A stretch of 63,995 nt of DNA, counting the filler, from Octopus bimaculoides (taxonomy: Eukaryota): NCBI RefSeq assembly GCF_001194135.2. It is 8 parts of 6 records of this genome, joined end to end, with 100 filler letters (N's around TTAATTAATTAA, not from the genome) between each part and the next. Parts side by side here need not be neighbours in the genome. Positions count along the whole stretch, not along the records: positions 9,320 to 13,629 come from NC_068983.1; positions 13,730 to 21,452 come from NC_068982.1; positions 21,553 to 37,173 come from NC_068990.1; 5 more parts are not named here. One strand, given 5' to 3'. Each line of letters starts with the position of its first letter. Positions within the stretch are counted from its first letter, which is position 1. Below are positions 11,371 to 23,599 of this stretch, in pieces. The notes under the pieces are model-generated. The model had not been told where the DNA came from. It was given only the letters and a program-made list of their open reading frames with translations, and made no database searches. Both the position numbers and the translations under genes were made by a program.

Positions 11371-11645
11371 CACATTCACTCGATTTCTTCCAATCATTTA
11401 ATGGGCTTAGCTTAGATTTTTGGGGCCTAACAATTTTCAACAATCTCAAATGTAACAGCCGAAACTGTAATGATGATTGGAAGCTTGACTGTTGAATAGA
11501 AAGCCACTAATGTTCCGTCCTTGTTTTCCTGTCTGTCTTTGTATCATCCATCTGTCCGTATGATTTCATTGTCATCCGTTAAGTTCGTTTTCCGTTTTTT
11601 CGATTTATATATACATATAGCGGCATACATCGACCTTTTGCTCAG

Positions 11646-11685
<40 letters not shown>

Positions 11686-12580
11686 NNNNNNNNNNNNNNN
11701 NNNNNNNNNNNNNNNNNNNNNNNNNNNNNNNNNNNNNNNNNNNNNNNNNNNNNNNNNNNNNNNNNNNNNNNNNNNNNNNNNNNNNNNNNNNNNNNNNNNN
11801 NNNNNNNNNNNNNNNNNNNNNNNNNNNNNNNNNNNNNNNNNNNNNNNNNNNNNNNNNNNNNNNNNNNNNNNNNNNNNNNNNNNNNNNNNNNNNNNNNNNN
11901 NNNNNNNNNNNNNNNNNNNNNNNNNNNNNNNNNNNNNNNNNNNNNNNNNNNNNNNNNNNNNNNNNNNNNNNNNNNNNNNNNNNNNNNNNNNNNNNNNNNN
12001 NNNNNNNNNNNNNNNNNNNNNNNNNNNNNNNNNNNNNNNNNNNNNNNNNNNNNNNNNNNNNNNNNNNNNNNNNNNNNNNNNNNNNNNNNNNNNNNNNNNN
12101 NNNNNNNNNNNNNNNNNNNNNNNNNNNNNNNNNNNNNNNNNNNNNNNNNNNNNNNNNNNNNNNNNNNNNNNNNNNNNNNNNNNNNNNNNNNNNNNNNNNN
12201 NNNNNNNNNNNNNNNNNNNNNNNNNNNNNNNNNNNNNNNNNNNNNNNNNNNNNNNNNNNNNNNNNNNNNNNNNNNNNNNNNNNNNNNTATATATATATTT
12301 ATTTATATATATAATTGCTTAAACTATCTTATATCGAAATTTTGCCAAATGCGTTTTTTTTTTTTTTTTCACTTTTTCAATACTTTTTCTTGCAGCAGCC
12401 AATTCTATTGGTCAAACTATCGTATCCTCAGCTACTTCAGATACCAAGATATGAAAATTGTCAAAATGTAGTACAACAGTTTTGCTATGGAATGGTGAAA
12501 CTATTTTTCGTTTTTTGAAAAAGCAACGCTTTGGACTTATGACACTTTTGCATAATAACAACGATATATATATGTATATA

Positions 12581-12727
12581 TGGAAGGCATCTAGCAGTAG
12601 AAACCAAACCAAAACACATTGGAACCTGGTACAGCTCTTCAGCTTACCAGTTCCAGTTAAGCTGTCTAACCCATGCCGGCATGGAAAGCGGATACTAAAT
12701 AATAATGAAGATGATGATGATGATGAT
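12581..12727 (+). mobile_element. Short RTE 3' tail fragment
   Basis: GAAGGCATCTAGC...AACCCATGCCGGCATGGAAAGCGGA followed by (GAT)n. Confidence 0.65.
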
Positions 12728-13731
12728 TATATATATATATATGTGTGTATGTATATAATAAATATCTTTAAAAGCCTGTAACAATGAGATATGTGCATTT
12801 ACACACCTATGAAAATATTGTCATATTCTATGCTACAAAAAAAAAATGTCTGAACTCTCATCTATTCTATATTTCGTTTATATTTCACAACTACGTTGGA
12901 AAAACTCCATAAGAAGAATACAGAGTGTTTAATGTAACTAGACTTGAAACTTCATTGTGTATATACACAATGTTAAAGATTAATAGAAACTGCAGTGAAA
13001 ATAAAAGAGAGAAAGGATAAAAAATATATTCTTCGCATCGATACAATGGGGAATAAATAGTAGAGTTTAACAATATTGGAAATGACCCTATTTTATTGAA
13101 CAATAAATAATTACGTCTACCTGAAAAAAGATCTAAATGTAAACTATTGTTTGAGATGAGAAGAGCAGGAAATAGGAAAACAACATGTCATGAATAAGAG
13201 ACAACAAATATAGAAATACTAAATACTATATTAAGGACAGGAAAAAAGTTTGACCTCATTCAGAATGAGGGAATAAAGTACATAGTCGTTCATTAATATT
13301 TATTATTGTAAAAAGCCTTTGGTTCTTCGTAGAGAGATGAGTGTTTGTTATTATGTTGTTCAATATTTTCTACTGTAAAAGATAACAAGATATCGGTTTA
13401 ACCTTTACAAAGTCAAAGCGTCAAAACCTTGAAAGTTCCTTATTGACGCATACCACGTACGCATTGTATTTATGCGAACATAGAGATAAATATATAAACA
13501 TACATATATATTTATATATATATATATAGAGAGAGAGAGAGAAAGAGAGAGAAAGGGAGAGAGAGGGAGAGAGACTGTGTGTGTGTATGTATACGGTATA
13601 TATATATATATATATATACATATATATATNNNNNNNNNNNNNNNNNNNNNNNNNNNNNNNNNNNNNNNNNNNNTTAATTAATTAANNNNNNNNNNNNNNN
13701 NNNNNNNNNNNNNNNNNNNNNNNNNNNNNCC

Positions 13732-13790
<59 letters not shown>

Positions 13791-13863
13791 TATAGATAGA
13801 TATAGAGTGAGAGAGGGAGAGAGAATCGGACAGAGAGAGAGATAGACAGACAGACAGACAGAC

Positions 13864-13913
<50 letters not shown>

Positions 13914-14535
13914 GGAGAGAGAGAGGGGGAGAGAGAGAGAGAGAGAGAGGGGGGAGAGGGAGAGGTCTTCGTAGATCTCTGCACACGTTTCTGTTGAATA
14001 TCCGTATGAATTGATAGATCTGCCTCGCTATCACTTTGCAATCAAGCATAAAATGAAATATTGTCGGTTTGCATGTTGATTTACACTGAAAGCTGCGTTT
14101 ATGATAATAGCTGTGCGTTGTAGAGGTTCCGATACGTGTTATGGCGTTAGCAATCTCCAAACTATGACAAACAGTGTTAGCAAATTGAAATATGAGGTTT
14201 AGCTGGTCAAAACTGACCTGCTGGCATTCCAGATGGAAATATTGCGTGGATATCCGTTAGGAATATAGGAAAATTGTGAAAGTGTTAGTGTGTATGGTTA
14301 AAACAAAGTAAATCAGCTTGTTAGGTCCGAAACCGGTGTGGATCACTTCCTGGAAGGAGGGATTGCAGGAAAATCTAGAAAACGAAATTGATTCAAAGTA
14401 AACTTCTGTATTATCAATCACCATGCTGTTACAATTGGTCATTATCGATGTCAAAATGTGAAAACACCAATGAACGTAAATATGGTTTGAAAATATTGTG
14501 GACGCCATTATTCTAAACTTATTATAAAACTCATG

Positions 14536-14609
<74 letters not shown>

Positions 14610-15356
14610 CGAGACCAAGATCAAGACCAGAATCAAGCGATAAAAACAATTTGAGGAACATGGAGAGAATGTGTGAGAAAAATGTAGAGCCTGTAGAATG
14701 TGATACGAGAGAGTGGCACACATTGTGAGAGAATGTCCCAAGTTGGCACACGAAGAATATAAGAAATGGCGGCACGACTAGGTTGTAAAAATTTTACACT
14801 GAAAACTTTGCCAGAAATAGGGATTTGAAGCTGGAAAGACATGGTAAAATCATTGAGTCGAAAGAGTCCTGGAGTTGGAGAAATGTAAGGTTCTGTAGGA
14901 CATTGCTACTGAAATGGACAGGAAGTTAGAAAATAATAGACCAGACATAACAATTATAGATACGGAAAAGCGGAGCTGCTTACTTATCGACCCATCATGT
15001 CCGTTTGACTCCAGGATCGTAAAGAAAGAGGAAGAAAAACAAAATAGAAAAATCTTATCGCTTAAAATATGTAATAGGAAGAATTTGGAGCATGCGAACA
15101 GTAAAGGTCGTGCTTATAATAATTGGTGTGTTGGAAACAATAAGCGAGGATATAGAGAAATTGGTGAAGGAGACTGGAATAGAATGGTCTGCAGAGCTTC
15201 TACTGAAAGTTTGTCCCTTAAGGGCAGCAAGGATTATCAGGAGAGTTCTATGCCACTTGAAAGACCGCGTAAAACTTGTGGATGCCTTAGATTACAGGTA
15301 GTAACCTGCTACCCACGTAAGTCCTACCAGGAATAAGACCGAATCTAAGCCAAACC
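14610..15356 (+). mobile_element. 5'-truncated R4/Dong-like LINE (CCHC knuckle plus REL endonuclease) flanked by (TAA)n on both sides
   Basis: CRAC...VAHIVRECPKLAH; NNRPDITIIDTEKRSCLLIDPSCPFD..KEEEK; RAARIIRRVL; short 3'UTR then (TAA)n. Confidence 0.85.
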
Positions 15357-15415
<59 letters not shown>

Positions 15416-15420
<5 letters not shown>

Positions 15421-15632
15421 TTCAGACAAATACATAACAAAAACACCAGGACTTACAAATATATATAACATACAGAAAATTGCACTACTGGGCACTGCAC
15501 ACATCCTACGCAAAACACTTTCAATAAAGTAACCATAAGAGCATCACAGCAAACCACAGCACATACACAATGCACACAGAGGTTCGCTCGGTAGTGAAGT
15601 GAAAGCACGTTATAAAAATAAAACTACTGAAC
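15416..15632 (+). mobile_element. Second R4/Dong-like family, extreme 3' end, between (TAA)n arrays
   Basis: KYSDKYITKTPGLTNIYNIQKIALLGTAHILRKTLSIK* plus 3'UTR and (AAT)n tail. Confidence 0.8.
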
Positions 15633-15692
<60 letters not shown>

Positions 15693-15954
15693 NNNNNNNN
15701 NNNNNNNNNNNNNNNNNNNNNNNNNNNNNNNNNNNNNNNNNNNNNNNNNNNNNNNNNNNNNNNNNNNNNNNNNNNNNNNNNNNNNNNNNNNNNNNNNNNN
15801 NNNNNNNNNNNNNNNNNNNNNNNNNNNNNNNNNNNNNNNNNNNNNNNNNNNNNNNNNNNNNNNNNNNNNNNNNNNNNNNNNNNNNNNNNNNNNNNNNNNN
15901 NNNNNNNNNNNNNNNNNNNNNNNNNNNNNNNNNNNNNNNNNNNNNNNNNNNNNT

Positions 15955-16200
15955 TAAACAAACCTTATTCAGGGACCTTTTGAGCCGGATGGGCTACTCG
16001 ACCCGAAGAAAATTCTAACTGAGCCCCACCTGCAAGGTCATGTGCTGTTTATCTTGATACGAGATCACCATGTCGCACACATATGGTTGTGATGCATATG
16101 CCTTGTGTACCCTTATCAGACGGGTAGTCATGATGGGTATGCTGGGCTTCGTATATTTTACCCCAGTGTCACCTTGATGGCATGCACTGCTCTCTCACTC
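15955..16200 (+). mobile_element. 3' half of the non-coding (TAA)n-associated element (full copy at 39392-39940)
   Basis: Reverse-complement match to 39392-39640; (AAT)n tail at 16201-16244. Confidence 0.75.
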
Positions 16201-16244
<44 letters not shown>

Positions 16245-16850
16245 GGTCTTCCCACATGAGCAGAAGGGTGCAAGTGTAAGTGCAGAGGTACCACGGATCA
16301 ACTCCTGGTAAACAAAACTGTACTTAGAGATTGCAAGGGGAGGAAAACTAACTTAGGCATGTCATGGTTCGACTATCGTAAGGCATGCGATATGATCCCA
16401 CTTTCTTGGATTATGGAATATATGAACCTATTTGATATTGTGCCGAATGTTGAGCGATTGCTTGCAAAAAGTATGACGAAGTGGAGGACGGAACTGACAG
16501 CATATTAAAAAAAGGTTAGGGACAGTAGAAATCAGGGAAGGCATCTTCCAAGGGACTACCTGTCCCCACTGGAAAGCAAAAGCTGGGAATGTATTCAAAA
16601 ACCGCCAACAAAAAGTCAACCATTTGTTATTCATGGATGACCTCAAACTTTATGGTAAAGATGAATCCCAAGTCAGTTCTCTCGATAATACGGTGTATAC
16701 CTTCAGTGCTGATATCAGAATGGAGTTCGAACTGAAAAAGTGTGGTGTGTTAGTCTTGAAGAGAGGCAAAATCAAATGTATGGACGGGTTAGCGATACCT
16801 TCGAGAGAGGTTTTGAAGCAGATAGAAGAGACGAGATATAAGTACTTCGG
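16245..16850 (+). mobile_element. R4/Dong-like reverse transcriptase fragment starting at an (AAT)n array
   Basis: FPHEQKG..DQLLVNKTVLRDCKGRKTNLGMSWFDYRKA; QGDYLSP; HLLFMDDLKLY; MEFELKKC. Confidence 0.85.
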
Positions 16851-16854
16851 TTTC

Positions 16855-18025
16855 GTCACTCTGTGCGTACCTCGGACAAAACCGTCTGACAGCACATCCG
16901 TACTTGTAGAGTTTATCTTGAACTGGTAGCGTCCTCCGACATAAGGATTTTCGGAATAACACTGCTACCTCGCCGCCCGCTCCCGATAGACCACAAGATG
17001 AGAATATCTCGTAATCGTCAAAAATGGGCGCTAATGCTTGCGCATTAGAAATCGTTGTCTCCCTAATTGCGGCAACATCTACTTCCAGTGACCTTAGGTC
17101 GTTGAGCAAACGACCTTGCTTCTAAGCTGACCCCAGGCCACGTACGTTCCACACACCCCAATGTTAGATCTGACATGTCAGTAGGAGAGAAAAAACAGAG
17201 ATCACTCACCTTGATTTTTCAGACGCCCAGGTATTCCGGACTGTCTTCTTAAAGGCTCTTCTGACAATCTTTTGTCAATGATTCTTTTTTAAAATTCCCG
17301 CACTAGCTGGATTTTTCTCTCGAATTGTCCTGTAAAAGTCTGCTGATGATTTAATTAACAGTCTGTCTTTCGGGGTTTTGAGAATGGAATTCTCAAATTC
17401 CTCCCACTCTGTTTCGACTTTATTTTCCATCCGGTAATCCATCAAGCCACTGTTGAGGTGGTTCACAACTGATGCATGCATTGTGGGTTGGGGTTTAAAT
17501 CTTCAACGGGTTTAGGTTTGGTTGTTGTTGTTTGTGTTTCTTTGTTGTTGTTGCTGCTGTTGTTGTTGTAACTGCTGTTGTTGTTGCTGTTGTCGAGGTT
17601 GACGCTGCTGTTGATTTTGCTGTTGCTGCTGCTACTGCTGCTGATGTTGTTGAGATGGTTGTTAAGTGGGCTGAAGATGAGGTTTTTGTTTTTGTTTGTT
17701 TGTTGAGCTCTCAGAGTGAAGCTCTCGGAGTGAAGCTCTCGGAGTGAAACTCTCGGAGTGAAGCTCTGAACCCTCCTCTTTTTCGGTTCGCCCCTTTGGA
17801 GACTATTTGCCATCATTCGGCCTGATCTTTCTACTCAAAATCATTCTCCAAGGGGTCGGTGGGGGATGGGGAAATCTGACCGAAAGAGGAATGCAAACCC
17901 TTGTTTGGTTGTGAAGCGGGACATTTGGAAGGGCTTGCTCTTCAGCAGGAGCAGGGACCAAACTTTTCCGCTGCCGAGGTTTAGATGTTGGGGGTTCAAC
18001 TAGATGCGGGCCTGGGGTTTTCAAT
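16855..18025 (-). mobile_element. Tx1/L1-like LINE fragment (ORF1 C-terminal part and APE endonuclease start)
   Basis: VWNVRGL..KQGRLLNDLRSLEVDVAAIRET...GGEVAVLFRK; upstream Pro/Gln-rich ORF1-like sequence. Confidence 0.7.
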
Positions 18026-18091
18026 AAGGGTGGTTTATGCTTCTTTAATTGAGAGTAGACAGCTATTTAATGGGTTGTACTTCTGCAGAGT

Positions 18092-18168
18092 GAAGGCGCA
18101 TGACTCAGTGGTTAGAGCGTCGATTTTACGACCGTGAGATTGTGATTTCGAATCCCGGACCGGGCTGC
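18092..18168 (+). mobile_element. SINE family A head
   Basis: TGACTCAGTGGTTAG...TTTCGAATCCCGGACCGGG, homologous to 56-135. Confidence 0.75.
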
Positions 18169-19351
18169 GTATAGTATACTCAGCTGTAGAAATGAGTTGC
18201 GACATCACTGGTGCGGTGGTGATGGCGGTGGTTGTTGTTGGTGATGATGGTCTTCTCACTCTGTCCGCTTGCCGACGTTGCTCTTTCACTAGCAACGTCA
18301 GTACGCGAAACGCTATCCCTCTCTCTCTCCTTCTTTCTTCATTACCCCCCCCCTCTTTCATTTACAACTGACTCTCTCTCGCTCGAACATTATTATTGTT
18401 GTTGCCATTTTGAAGAATTTAAAACTTTTTCCCACCTGGAAATAATGTCGATAAGTTCCTCCAGAAATAGGGGGACTTTAGATAAAACAAAAAAAAAGGG
18501 GACTCAGCAGCAGAAGAAGGTTCCCCTAGTCTCCACTCTGGTCCAAAATGACGTGAAAGTACAGTTATTTTCCGGAGAAAATAAGGACTTTTCAAAGACA
18601 AAATACGAACCCGAGGTCAACGTNNNNNNNNNNNNNNNNNNNNNNNNNNNNNNNNNNNNNNNNNNNNNNNNNNNNNNNNNNNNNNNNNNNNNNNNNNNNN
18701 NNNNNNNCTGTATTTAACCATATTCAAGAAACTGATCCAGATAATTAGGTAAATACGGTTAAGAAATGTTCATTTTTGTTTTTTTAGTGGCTTCCGAGTT
18801 TTAACGAAAACCCAAGCGGATCAGTTTTTCAGTTAAAATCATTAAGTATCGAAATATAAGCTATATCATTTGTTTTGACAGTTATGTATCTGTATATATT
18901 ATTTTCTGCGAGTATTCTTCGCTTACAGACGTAGCTCTCAATATGATTTACAGATATGTAACAAAATTATGCATCTATAAATGGTGACGAAATTTTTTCC
19001 AAGGATGTCAACAACATGTGTGTGTGTGTTTGTGTTTACCGTTTACTTTTAACGGGTCGTGACCATGCTGGGGCACCGCTGTTGGTGTTGCTTCACATTT
19101 ACTGACCTTTCTCATCCAGTTGTCATTTGGAGAACGAGGGATTTCGGAGTTGTTTCCCTCATTTGATTTTCTTGTTGTAAAATAAGTGAATCTGGAATTC
19201 TAGACAGTAGAAAGTCAAATCACATTTTCTAAGACAACATCTAGACCCCTAAAGTCGGGTATATAAAAGTTGTGGGCTTTGAACCCTATACATTCTTGTG
19301 TGCGTGTATATATATATATACAGACATAGCTATCAATATGATTTGAGATAT

Positions 19352-19568
19352 AAGGCGGTGAGCTGGCAGAAGTGTTAGCACGCTGGGCGAAATGCTTAGC
19401 GGTATTTCGTCTGTCTTTACGTTCTGAGTTCAAACTCCGCCGAGGGCGACTTTGCCTTTCATCCTTTCGGGGTCGATAAATTAAGTACTAGCTGCGTAAT
19501 GGGGTCGATCTAATCGACTGGCCACCTCCACAAAAATTTCGTGCCTTGTGCCTAGAGTAGAAAAGAAT
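19352..19568 (+). mobile_element. tRNA-derived SINE, family C, full length
   Basis: AAGGCGGTGAGCTGGCAGAA head; central GCCTTTCATCCTTTCGGGGTCGATAAA block; about ten copies in the window. Confidence 0.9.
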
Positions 19569-19995
19569 ATGATTTAAGATATGTAAAAAAATTTGGTGCA
19601 CCTGCATAACCGCAGCCACTTGGCTGAAACCCATAAATAAATAAATAAATAAATCTATAAATAGTGACGACATTCTTTCCACGATGTCAATAACGTGTGT
19701 GCGTGTGCGTGTGCGTGTGCGCGCGTGTGCGTGTGCGCGCGTGTGCGTGTGCGTGTGCGTGTGTGGAACAAACTGCCTGCATCAATTATCAGTTGCCGAG
19801 ATATTGCATCCTTTAAAACCTCCATTCTTCCTGAAATTCGCCAACACTACACCTGATATCCCCTCCATACGCATGCGTACACGTATATCATGACTCATAC
19901 ACTGTTCCCTTTCCTGACTTTTGTACATAATTCCATGTACTGTACACTCACCTTTGATGAGTTGTAGTGCACCTGAGCACTATACACCATAATTT

Positions 19996-19998
19996 CAC

Positions 19999-20050
<52 letters not shown>

Positions 20051-20084
20051 GTTATTGTTATTGTTATTATTATTATTATTGTTA

Positions 20085-20116
<32 letters not shown>

Positions 20117-20132
20117 GTTATTGTTATTGTTA

Positions 20133-20196
<64 letters not shown>

Positions 20197-20199
20197 CAT
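19996..20199. repeat. (ATT)n/(GTT)n compound microsatellite
   Basis: Direct reading of the sequence. Confidence 0.95.
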
Positions 20200-20289
20200 T
20201 ATAAAAATGAAGTAGATTGACAAATTTATTTTTTGAACCAGTTGAAGACACACAAGATGTCGAAATATCGTTCACTATATAATAATGGC

Positions 20290-20845
20290 ACCACGGTGGA
20301 ATTTGAAGTCAGGACGTAAAGTCGGACTAAATGCCACTCAGCATTTTGTCCGGCGTACTAACGATTCTGCCAACTCGCAGCTTTGTCCTTGTACAATACT
20401 AATTCAATATAAGGCGGCGAGCTGGCAGAACCGTTAGCACGCCGGGCGAAATGCTTAGCGGTATTTGGTCTGCCTTTACATTCTGAGTTGAAATTCCACC
20501 GAGGTTGAATTTGCCTTTCATCCTTTCGGGGTCGATAAATTAAGTACCAGTTGTGTACTGGGGTTTATCTAATCGACTGGTCCTCTCCCCCAACATTTCG
20601 AGTCTTGTGCCGAGTAGAGAAGAATATAACAAGGCAGGAAGCTGGTAGAATCGTTGGCGCGTCGGACAAATGCCTCATGACTGATGGGCTCTTTACGTTC
20701 TGATTTCAAATTCTACCGAGGTCGACTTGGCCTTTCATATTCCAAGATCACTATAATAAGTACCAGTGGGATACTGGGATCGATGTAATCGATCTAACCT
20801 TTAACCTAGAACTTCTGGCCTGCTGCCAATATTCAAAACCATTCT
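20290..20845. mobile_element. Cluster of family C SINEs: minus head 20290-20392, plus copies 20411-20625 and 20631-20843
   Basis: Homology by eye to 19352-19568. Confidence 0.85.
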
Positions 20846-21128
20846 TAAAATATGACTGTGAGAGAAAGGGGCATTTACTACATTGTCGTAGTTTTCAGGT
20901 GGGTAATGTGAGTCCAGTACCCGGGTTGAATTTAGAGGAGACAGGAGCGCTTTCGATTCTACTCCAATCTGATAAACTTTATGGAGCGGCTTTGTAGCAT
21001 TCGCACCCGTACACGAGCATTTTTATAAACCATTTAAATCATATTTCGCCATTGGAAGACAATGACTCAACAGGAAGAAATGGTGAAAGAATCGATTCTT
21101 CCTTTTCTCCCACGATATGATTTCTTTA

Positions 21129-21164
<36 letters not shown>

Positions 21165-21355
21165 CGCACACACGTACACACACACATACATGTATGTATG
21201 CATACGTTTATATGTAGGTAGGTATATATGTATATACATGTATAAAAATATGTGTATAAGAATACAGAGGTGCTTATTATCCACTTAAATTTTATATCTA
21301 CTTACGACCATATATTATATATACACATGTATGTATACATACATACATATATGTA

Positions 21356-21388
<33 letters not shown>

Positions 21389-21863
21389 GCACATATATGT
21401 GTGTCTGTATTTTATATGTATATATGCATTTATGTATATATATATATATATANNNNNNNNNNNNNNNNNNNNNNNNNNNNNNNNNNNNNNNNNNNNTTAA
21501 TTAATTAANNNNNNNNNNNNNNNNNNNNNNNNNNNNNNNNNNNNNNNNNNNNTATATATATATATATATATATATTATTGAGAGGATATAAATACCTCTT
21601 AGAGGGATGTTAGCATTCACGTTCCCCGGTTTTAAGCAGTGTATCACTGAAATACAAAACAGATATTAGCTTCTCATTGATGCAAATGGGTATGTTATCA
21701 TTTCTACATAAGAAAATAAAATAGAGAAATCGACACATAGACATCAATTTATTAATACAAATGTAATTTCAAGCAACATCAATTTCATATAACCTACAAT
21801 TGTTTCCATGTTCAATTAATTCAAACATCAAATAATTAAATTAAAGTTGTGACAAATTGAAGT

Positions 21864-22509
21864 AGAAAAGTTCTTAAGTTATTTATAAGCTATACTGGCA
21901 TTCATATTCTCGCAAGTAATAAGGAAAATTTGAGAATAAGTAGTTTTGCTTACCGTTAACTGTATCGAAGGTGTTGTTTATCCAATCTAACGGATCTTTT
22001 ATCTTTCAAATATATTCAATTATCCTGTTCTTTAGTGTTGGTATATACTTATCTAAAATAGCTTTGCTTAGTTTACCTCAATCAGATTTACCTGGGCAAA
22101 TTAATCTTACTTTCAGGTTACTATATAAATTTTCCTTGCGGTCTTTTAAAATACCTTCTTCTTATGATTATAATAAAAATGATATATTGTACACAAATAT
22201 TTATGACATAGAATGCAGCTACCGTATCATAGTAGGCACATTCGATACGTTATAGTCATGTGGTACATGTTAAACAATAACAGTGTTTATAGTTTAAATA
22301 ATATAAATTAAAAATTAATGATTAAATTATTAAACCTAGCAGTTATGACTAAGTGACTTAGAAAATTCTTAAGTAATTGATAAGTTATACTGGCACTCGT
22401 ATACTCACAAGTAATAATGAAAATAAGAATAAATAGTTTTGCTTACCGTTAACTGTATCGAAGGTATTGTTTATTCACTCTAATGGATCTATTGTTTTTC
22501 AAATATATT
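21864..22509. repeat. Diverged local duplication (21864-22016 versus 22360-22509)
   Basis: Shared TAGTTTTGCTTACCGTTAACTGTATCGAAGG core and similar flanks. Confidence 0.85.
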
Positions 22510-23314
22510 AACACGCACACACATAAATACAATAATAGTAATAATGAAACAAAATTGCATATACGCAAGTAACGTTTTTTTCTTGTTTTTTTTTTGTTTG
22601 TTTGTTTTGTTTTTTTTCTTGTTAAGAACATTAATATACACACCCGCAAGCATCTGAACTTAATGTTGATCTGGCAATGATCACTCGATCCATTGAGATG
22701 TCATTTTTTTTTTCCGGTCAATTTCTAACCCTGATGAAATATTCAATTCACTGCATTCAAATTACATTTTCAATTTAATTTAATTTAATTATTTGATATT
22801 TGAATGAATTGAACATGGGAACAATTGAAGGTTATAAGAAATTGATCCTGCTTGAAATTGGATTTGTATTAATAAATTGATGTCTATCTGTCGATTTCTC
22901 CATTTTATTTTCTTATACATACATACATACATACATACATACATNNNNNNNNNNNNNNNNNNNNNNNNNNNNNNNNNNNNNNNNNNNNNNNNNNNNNTAT
23001 ATATATATATATTAAACCCTTTTGTATCATCTCTTACTTTCTGCTCTGTCTCTCTATCTGTCTTTCTGTCTGTCTGTCTCCCTCTGTCTCTATCTGCCAT
23101 TTGTCCTCTTTCCCACTATGCATTCGTGTCTTTCTCTCTTTTTTCTTTATCGCTTGACTGTATTTATGTAATAATTGATTTTCTTATGTATATATTTGAA
23201 TATCATTTAAGGTTTTGCGTTAATTGATTAATTGATGAAATATGTGAAGTATTAATTGATGAAATATATGGAGTGATAAATACATATATACATGCACATT
23301 AGATACAAATATAA

Positions 23315-23372
<58 letters not shown>

Positions 23373-23599
23373 GTATGCATGTGCGTGTGAGAGTGTATGT
23401 ATGTGCGCGCGCGAAATATAGTTCACTTTTTATTGCAATTTTCTCGAGTTTACGATGTAATTATTTTTCTCTCAAAATAGGTTTCTAACTACTCTAATAA
23501 TCCCCAAAGATCTATCTATAAATTGATAAGGAATATTGGCTATTTTTTTTGTTTTACTATCACTGTAGCGACTCTATTAAACATTTTTATGATGGATGC

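Noticed and set aside
13960-14520. Coding-like composition with partial open frames on both strands
   Set aside because: No motif recognised; the listed ORFs depend on adjacent microsatellites.
20895-21000. Possible terminal exon VGNVSPVPGLNLEETGALSILLQSDKLYGAAL*
   Set aside because: Only an acceptor-like site and 32 codons; no recognisable homology or partner exon.
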